From an uncultured Acidobacteriota bacterium (GTDB lineage: Bacteria; Acidobacteriota; UBA6911): a stretch of 64,000 nucleotides of DNA. Position numbers and translations under genes: made by a program. Positions 61,423 through 64,000 of this stretch are shown here, piece after piece. The notes below the pieces were generated by a model that worked only from the letters and a program-made list of their open reading frames with translations, was not told the DNA's origin and made no database searches. Positions within the stretch are counted from its first letter, which is position 1; the number at the start of each line of letters is the position of its first letter. The stretch is taken from assembly GCA_963721405.1 (NCBI GenBank), contig CAVRJA010000014.1, positions 909,691 to 973,690 of the forward strand, in the 5' to 3' direction.

Positions 61423-61698
61423 ATGAAGAAAATCAGGGTAGACGATCTGGTGTACCTGCGCGATCAGATCGACAGGGGAGGCCTGGCAGCACTCAGGGTA
61501 CTGGGGCAACCTTGGCCGTGGTCGATTGCGAGGGTTTGTATGGCGGCTCCTGATGATCAATCTGAGCCGAGCACAGCGGACCTGGAGAAATTTCGCACTA
61601 ATCTGGAGAATGCCATCGAACATCTGAGAGCTCATCCCATGGAAGAGCCGAGCCTGCCTGAAGGGTCAGAATCGCTCAGATGGGTGATTGCCCGCTGA
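61423..61698 (+). CDS. small hypothetical protein upstream of radical SAM/SPASM enzyme (candidate precursor or partner)
   Basis: AGGAGGG RBS before the ATG giving MKKIRVDDLVYLRDQIDRGG...WVIAR (91 aa). 15 nt before the rSAM gene. Confidence 0.4.
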   Translation: MKKIRVDDLVYLRDQIDRGGLAALRVLGQPWPWSIARVCMAAPDDQSEPSTADLEKFRTNLENAIEHLRAHPMEEPSLPEGSESLRWVIAR

Positions 61699-61713
61699 TG
61701 GCGACCCAGAGAT

Positions 61714-62952
61714 TTGAAGATGCCTGAAGGATCCTCCGGCGCCCCTCATCGGAGAGTGGCGAACGCCGAGGAAGTCCACAACCTGATCTTCATCCTGACT
61801 GCACAATGCAATCTGCGTTGCGCTTACTGCTATCAGACTGCAAAGAAGACCGTAAGCCTGCCGTGGGACGTCTTGAGGGACTCGATTGACCTCGTTTTCG
61901 GGTCCGGTTCACACAACATCACACTCCTGTTTACCGGCGGAGAACCCCTTCTCGAGTGGGCGCTGCTCCAGAAGGCGTTCGAGTATGTAAGCGCGAATAC
62001 GTCGTACGCTACGCGCGCAAGATTTGAAATCAGCACAAACGGGCTCCTGCTCACGCATGAGATCGCACAGTTTCTCGACGAACATCGGTTCGGAGTCCAA
62101 CTGAGCTTTGACGGGATTGCGAACGCACAGGAGTACCGGTGCGCCGGTTCCTTCACGGCGTTGAACAGTCTCCTGGACAGATTGCGCGCAAAGCAGCCGG
62201 GTCTGTTCAGCCGGAGATTGCGGATCGTTACGACTCAGATCCCGGACACGGTTTGCTTCCTGGCGGAGTCCATCCGCTACCTGCTCGGGAAAGGCGTGAC
62301 GGAAATCGGCATTTCTCCCAGTCTCACGCCATCTCCCGGGTGGACTAAAGAAGGGATTCAGATCCTCGACGTCCAGTTCCGGCGGGTCTACGACGACAGC
62401 ATGCGCCATCTTGAGAAGACGGGGGAGGTGCCGCTGACGTTATTCCGAAAATGGCAGGATGACAGCGACGTCATGAGTGGACACGGAAGTTGCAGCGCGG
62501 TGAGCGGCAAGACGGTGGTCGTTGATGCGACCGGGCAGGTATACGGGTGCGCCATGTTCGCGGAATCTTACCAGGACTTGCCGCCAGGACTTCTCCAGCA
62601 TCAGCTGGCTCCCCTCAGAATGGGGTACCTGCAGGACGGGACTCTCCAGGCACAGCGCGCTGCATATAGGGCTGCGATCGCAAAATCGGAATTGTTCGGC
62701 GGCATGGAGAGGAGATATTCCTCTTACGGCAAGTGCGTTGACTGCCCCTATGTGAACTCCTGCCGGGTGTGTCCGGTTTCGATCGGTTACGATCCAGGCG
62801 ATGCCGATCCCTATCGTGTCTCGGATTTCATTTGTGCATTCAGCAGGATCGCACTCAAGTATCGTGCGATGTTTCCCGGCATGCCGAAACCACTGGACGA
62901 ACTGAACGCGCTTCTGAAGAGGATCATCACGGAGAAACCGGGTGCGGGCTGA
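61714..62952 (+). CDS. radical SAM protein with C-terminal SPASM domain (peptide/protein-modifying maturase type)
   Basis: CNLRCAYCYQ is the CxxxCxxC radical SAM cluster motif. Auxiliary-cluster Cys run (GHGSCSAV...GCAMF...CVDCPYVNSCRVCP) typical of SPASM/twitch domains. Confidence 0.85.
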   Translation: MKMPEGSSGAPHRRVANAEEVHNLIFILTAQCNLRCAYCYQTAKKTVSLPWDVLRDSIDLVFGSGSHNITLLFTGGEPLLEWALLQKAFEYVSANTSYATRARFEISTNGLLLTHEIAQFLDEHRFGVQLSFDGIANAQEYRCAGSFTALNSLLDRLRAKQPGLFSRRLRIVTTQIPDTVCFLAESIRYLLGKGVTEIGISPSLTPSPGWTKEGIQILDVQFRRVYDDSMRHLEKTGEVPLTLFRKWQDDSDVMSGHGSCSAVSGKTVVVDATGQVYGCAMFAESYQDLPPGLLQHQLAPLRMGYLQDGTLQAQRAAYRAAIAKSELFGGMERRYSSYGKCVDCPYVNSCRVCPVSIGYDPGDADPYRVSDFICAFSRIALKYRAMFPGMPKPLDELNALLKRIITEKPGAG

Positions 62953-62993
62953 AGCGAAGCCGCCCGCTTCAAGGCCCCGGCGGTGAGGTTCGA

Positions 62994-63200
62994 TCAGGCG
63001 TCTGCGTCCCACAGTCGCTTGCGGAAGTAGTCTTTCCAGCCGTCCGGCAGAGCGCCGAGCTCGCTGGTGCGGCGGAGCAGGTCCTGGTTTTCGGCATTCG
63101 ACGTGTAGAGATTGACGATGTCTGCGATCGTCAATCCGTTGTCGGGGGGACTTGCGTACTCGATCGCATCGCCGGATGCGACTTCTCCCTCGCGAAGCAC
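62994..63200 (-). CDS. hypothetical small protein (low confidence)
   Basis: 68-aa ORF 13 nt downstream of the beta-barrel gene. No family recognised. Confidence 0.2.
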   Translation of the reverse strand: MLREGEVASGDAIEYASPPDNGLTIADIVNLYTSNAENQDLLRRTSELGALPDGWKDYFRKRLWDADA

Positions 63201-63212
63201 TGCCAGGGGTAT

Positions 63213-64000
63213 TCAGAAGTATTTCTTGAAGCCGGCGAAGAGGGTGGCCGGAATCGAACCGTATTCGCTGCGCGGGATTTGTCCGGGGGCGTGGCGGCTG
63301 CCGATACCGAGCTGCGCCCCGAGGAGAATATCGGAGTTGTTTCCCGTCGACCAGGTGAATGTGGGCAGCCAGAGGGCGGAAGGGTCGTTTCCGTTGACGA
63401 GCAGCGTGTTGGCAAATACCCAGAGCGGATGGAATTGCCAGGTCGTGGCCACGCCGGCATAGACCCTCCCGAGGCCGTTGATCTCCCCGCGCAGAATCCT
63501 GTCGGCCGCGACCAGGGAATAGTATTCGGAAGGATCCGCCGCTCCATATCCGTTCCAGGCCAGTTCCAGCGTCAGGGTAACCGTAGGGGCCAACTGCCGG
63601 TCGGCGCCGAGCGTGCCCCGCCAGAAGTCCGCCCGGTCGCGGGCCTGATCTTCCGGGTCTCCCGCATGGGTCCATGTCAGCTCCCCGCGCAGTCCGGTGC
63701 CGGCCAGCGACGATGTAAAAAATCCCCCGGCCACGGTGTCGCGGTGGAACTTGCCCCCCATGAATCCGAGATCGACACGCCCCGCATGAATTCGCGCAAG
63801 CGCGCCGGCGGCCCAATCCTTCGAGGGTGCAGAACCGAGGGATGCCCCGACGACGTCGATCTCCGAATAGGATCCCATGGGAATCGTGAATCGGACGGCG
63901 TCCACGCCGGGCTTGTAGTCACGGTCGATGCGCTCGGGAGAGAACGGAGCGAAGAGATCCATCCCCGGCCAGAAATAGGAGACCCCCCAGGATATGGGTT
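63213..64000 (-). CDS. outer-membrane beta-barrel protein, C-terminal part (5' end beyond window)
   Basis: Alternating amphipathic beta-strands, Gly/aromatic-rich, C-terminal ...FAGFKKYF with terminal Phe. The reading frame stays open past 64000. Confidence 0.45.
   Translation of the reverse strand, partial: PISWGVSYFWPGMDLFAPFSPERIDRDYKPGVDAVRFTIPMGSYSEIDVVGASLGSAPSKDWAAGALARIHAGRVDLGFMGGKFHRDTVAGGFFTSSLAGTGLRGELTWTHAGDPEDQARDRADFWRGTLGADRQLAPTVTLTLELAWNGYGAADPSEYYSLVAADRILRGEINGLGRVYAGVATTWQFHPLWVFANTLLVNGNDPSALWLPTFTWSTGNNSDILLGAQLGIGSRHAPGQIPRSEYGSIPATLFAGFKKYF

Noticed and set aside
62440-63816. 458-aa minus-strand Arg-rich ORF
   Set aside because: Overlaps in another frame a beta-barrel-like ORF that has a C-terminal Phe and amphipathic strands. 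The Arg/Gly/Pro-rich translation is characteristic of a wrong frame in GC-rich DNA.
1-64000. Search for tRNA, rRNA or other canonical RNA genes
   Set aside because: No stretch showed tRNA-like acceptor or anticodon-stem complementarity, and rRNA-like conserved blocks were not seen. The structured candidates found (7291..7599, 21864..21950) are reported as findings, not RNA genes.

Overview
This is a GC-rich (about 65%) bacterial chromosomal segment. The gene content suggests an Acidobacteriota-like organism: a TonB-dependent receptor with a carboxypeptidase-regulatory-like N-terminus, Ser/Thr kinases fused to FGE-sulfatase and TolB-like domains, and many zinc-ribbon proteins. This lineage assignment is an inference.

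Housekeeping and accessory genes that can be named with confidence are an ECF sigma factor with a putative anti-sigma partner, a TonB-dependent receptor, DNA polymerase II (polB), an iron-containing alcohol dehydrogenase, a BBE-type FAD oxidase, a Phd/VapC toxin-antitoxin pair, an MFS transporter, a CocE/NonD hydrolase, an amidohydrolase, an ankyrin-repeat protein and a radical SAM/SPASM enzyme.

The most striking feature is a co-directional minus-strand array of about 19 kb (roughly 24.8-43.4 kb). It encodes two MIT-domain AAA ATPases resembling Vps4, three Snf7/ESCRT-III-like coiled-coil proteins with acidic C-terminal tails, a subtilisin-like S8 protease with an embedded zinc ribbon, two SPFH(band-7)/coiled-coil proteins (one with double zinc ribbons), a zinc-ribbon transglutaminase-like protein and two tandem zinc-ribbon Ser/Thr kinases. 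I read this as a putative bacterial ESCRT-III/Vps4-like membrane-remodelling and signalling island.

Both ends of the island carry a paralogous pair: a Cys-rich protein sharing an N-terminal CxxxHxCxEGxEGEC motif, and a small CxC/HxCxxCG protein with an identical RBS context.

The window also holds several repeat families: a MITE-like palindromic element bounded by 18-bp terminal inverted repeats (with a related copy elsewhere), GC-rich GGTGCC/GGGTGTT tandem arrays, a perfect 30-bp inverted repeat built from three 10-bp direct repeats, and long hairpins sharing a GAACCACGAA motif.

No rRNA, tRNA or CRISPR array was recognised.
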